Shown one piece after another: positions 61,559 to 62,294 of a stretch of DNA of 62,294 nt. This stretch comes from a virus. Its lineage: Duplodnaviria; Caudoviricetes. The translations under genes and the position numbers were made by a program. The DNA is taken from positions 1 through 62,294 of IMG/VR virus record IMGVR_UViG_3300028608_000014; one strand, 5' to 3'. Each line of letters starts with the position of its first letter. Within the stretch, counting starts at the first letter, position 1. The notes under the pieces are model-generated. The model saw only the letters and a list, made by a program, of their open reading frames with translations, ran no database searches and was not told the origin of the DNA.

Positions 61559-62083
61559 TTAGAATTCCGGGCGGCCTGCAGCTAACCACGCGCTAACGCG
61601 GTTAGATGCGGGATTGAAAATAGCGACATTGGCACTCATGCGCGCTTCGGCCTCATCTTCCGATTCATCATCAGTCGGGCCGTCATACCATTCTTCCGCC
61701 AACATGTTGGCGTCGATGTAGTCATGCAATTCCGAAAAACTGGAGACGGTAACGGGAATGATCCCTACGGCGATATAGCTCCTAATTTCCACTTGCATGG
61801 CGAACACAACGGCGTCAATAATATCGGCGGGGCGCATGGGCTTTACCCTTACCAATTCTTCGGCGTCATATTCAACCGCGCCGCGCGTGGTGTCGATAGT
61901 GGTGCACGGGCCGTGCTGCCACGTCTTGACGATGGGGGCGGGCGTCTTGCGGGTGAGCCGTTCGCCCTCAATCTGGACATCGTAAATTTTCATGCCGGGC
62001 TTCAGGTCTTCAGCGGCTACGCGCTTGCCTGTAATGGCTTGCTTGGAAAGCCCGGCGTGGGGGGTGGGATCTTTAGCGAGCAT
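61559..62083 (-). CDS. hypothetical early protein (SFSELHDYIDANM motif)
   Basis: Start MLAKD downstream of the 62126 promoter. Confidence 0.75.
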   Translation of the reverse strand: MLAKDPTPHAGLSKQAITGKRVAAEDLKPGMKIYDVQIEGERLTRKTPAPIVKTWQHGPCTTIDTTRGAVEYDAEELVRVKPMRPADIIDAVVFAMQVEIRSYIAVGIIPVTVSSFSELHDYIDANMLAEEWYDGPTDDESEDEAEARMSANVAIFNPASNRVSAWLAAGRPEF

Positions 62084-62125
62084 TTCGGGTCCTGCTTTCA
62101 GGTGTAGGGGGTGTGTATGGACACC

Positions 62126-62155
62126 ATTAGAACACCCTACTTGCATAGGGTGCAA
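62126..62155 (-). promoter_or_regulatory. Promoter TTGCAC-N18-TCTAAT with CACCCTAT-N4-GTAGGGTG operator
   Basis: Near-copy of the 3771 promoter. Confidence 0.75.
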
Positions 62156-62282
62156 GCCCGTGTGAAGAATGGTTTTTATGGCATACCGTGCCCCGCCGTG
62201 CCTACGGGCAGGCCCCGTTTTCTCCCGTGCAACACGCTGCAGCTGCCCCATGCTGCAGGGTGCCTATTGTGCTGCCCTGCCC

Positions 62283-62294
62283 CCTGCCCCCGTC
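62283..62294. repeat. 12-bp terminal direct repeat (right copy)
   Basis: Identical to 1-12. Confidence 0.85.

Noticed and set aside
1-62294. Integrase, transposase, reverse transcriptase/DGR, intein or intron
   Set aside because: No such catalytic motifs were recognised, and PolA, terminase and helicase have uninterrupted normal lengths. Absence is by eye, not by HMM search.
1-62294. Genome-wide absence of 6-bp palindromes such as GTCGAC, CTCGAG, GGATCC and GAGCTC
   Set aside because: They seemed scarce while reading but could not be counted reliably by eye; a k-mer count is needed before making any claim.

Overview
This window is an apparently complete ~62.3 kb high-GC siphovirus genome of an actinobacterial host. 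WhiB, a DUF732-like lipoprotein and an amidase-LysM endolysin with no lysin B point to a non-mycolic-acid host, probably Micrococcales such as Arthrobacter (inference). The first and last 12 bp are identical. Layout: leftward small early genes in two compositionally distinct terminal arms (1-5.9 kb, 60.1-62.3 kb); a rightward replication/recombination block (6-22.3 kb: SF2 helicase, WhiB, C5-MTase, Cas4-like nuclease, Sak4-like ATPase, SSB, primase-helicase, dNMP kinase, PolA, RuvC-like); leftward lysis and virion genes (23.4-50.9 kb); and an accessory block (51-60 kb). No integrase was found. Instead there is a ParA + RHH partition cassette with a ~20-copy 11-bp-periodic centromere, next to a Rep-less non-coding region with antisense-RNA (TTGGCG-loop) features, which suggests a plasmid-type prophage. 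The most unusual signals are non-coding: (i) two candidate small RNAs complementary to the phage's own CTACACA...AGGAGCA ribosome-binding sites; (ii) the putative RNA-controlled replicon with an adjacent 24-aa hydrophobic peptide; (iii) terminal arms enriched in CTGCAG/CTAG that use a different Shine-Dalgarno; (iv) a CTAC-N4-GTAG operator in seven promoters; (v) an oriC-like DnaA-box cluster; (vi) an anticodon-less tRNA-like element. All counts and alignments were done by eye and no database searches were run.
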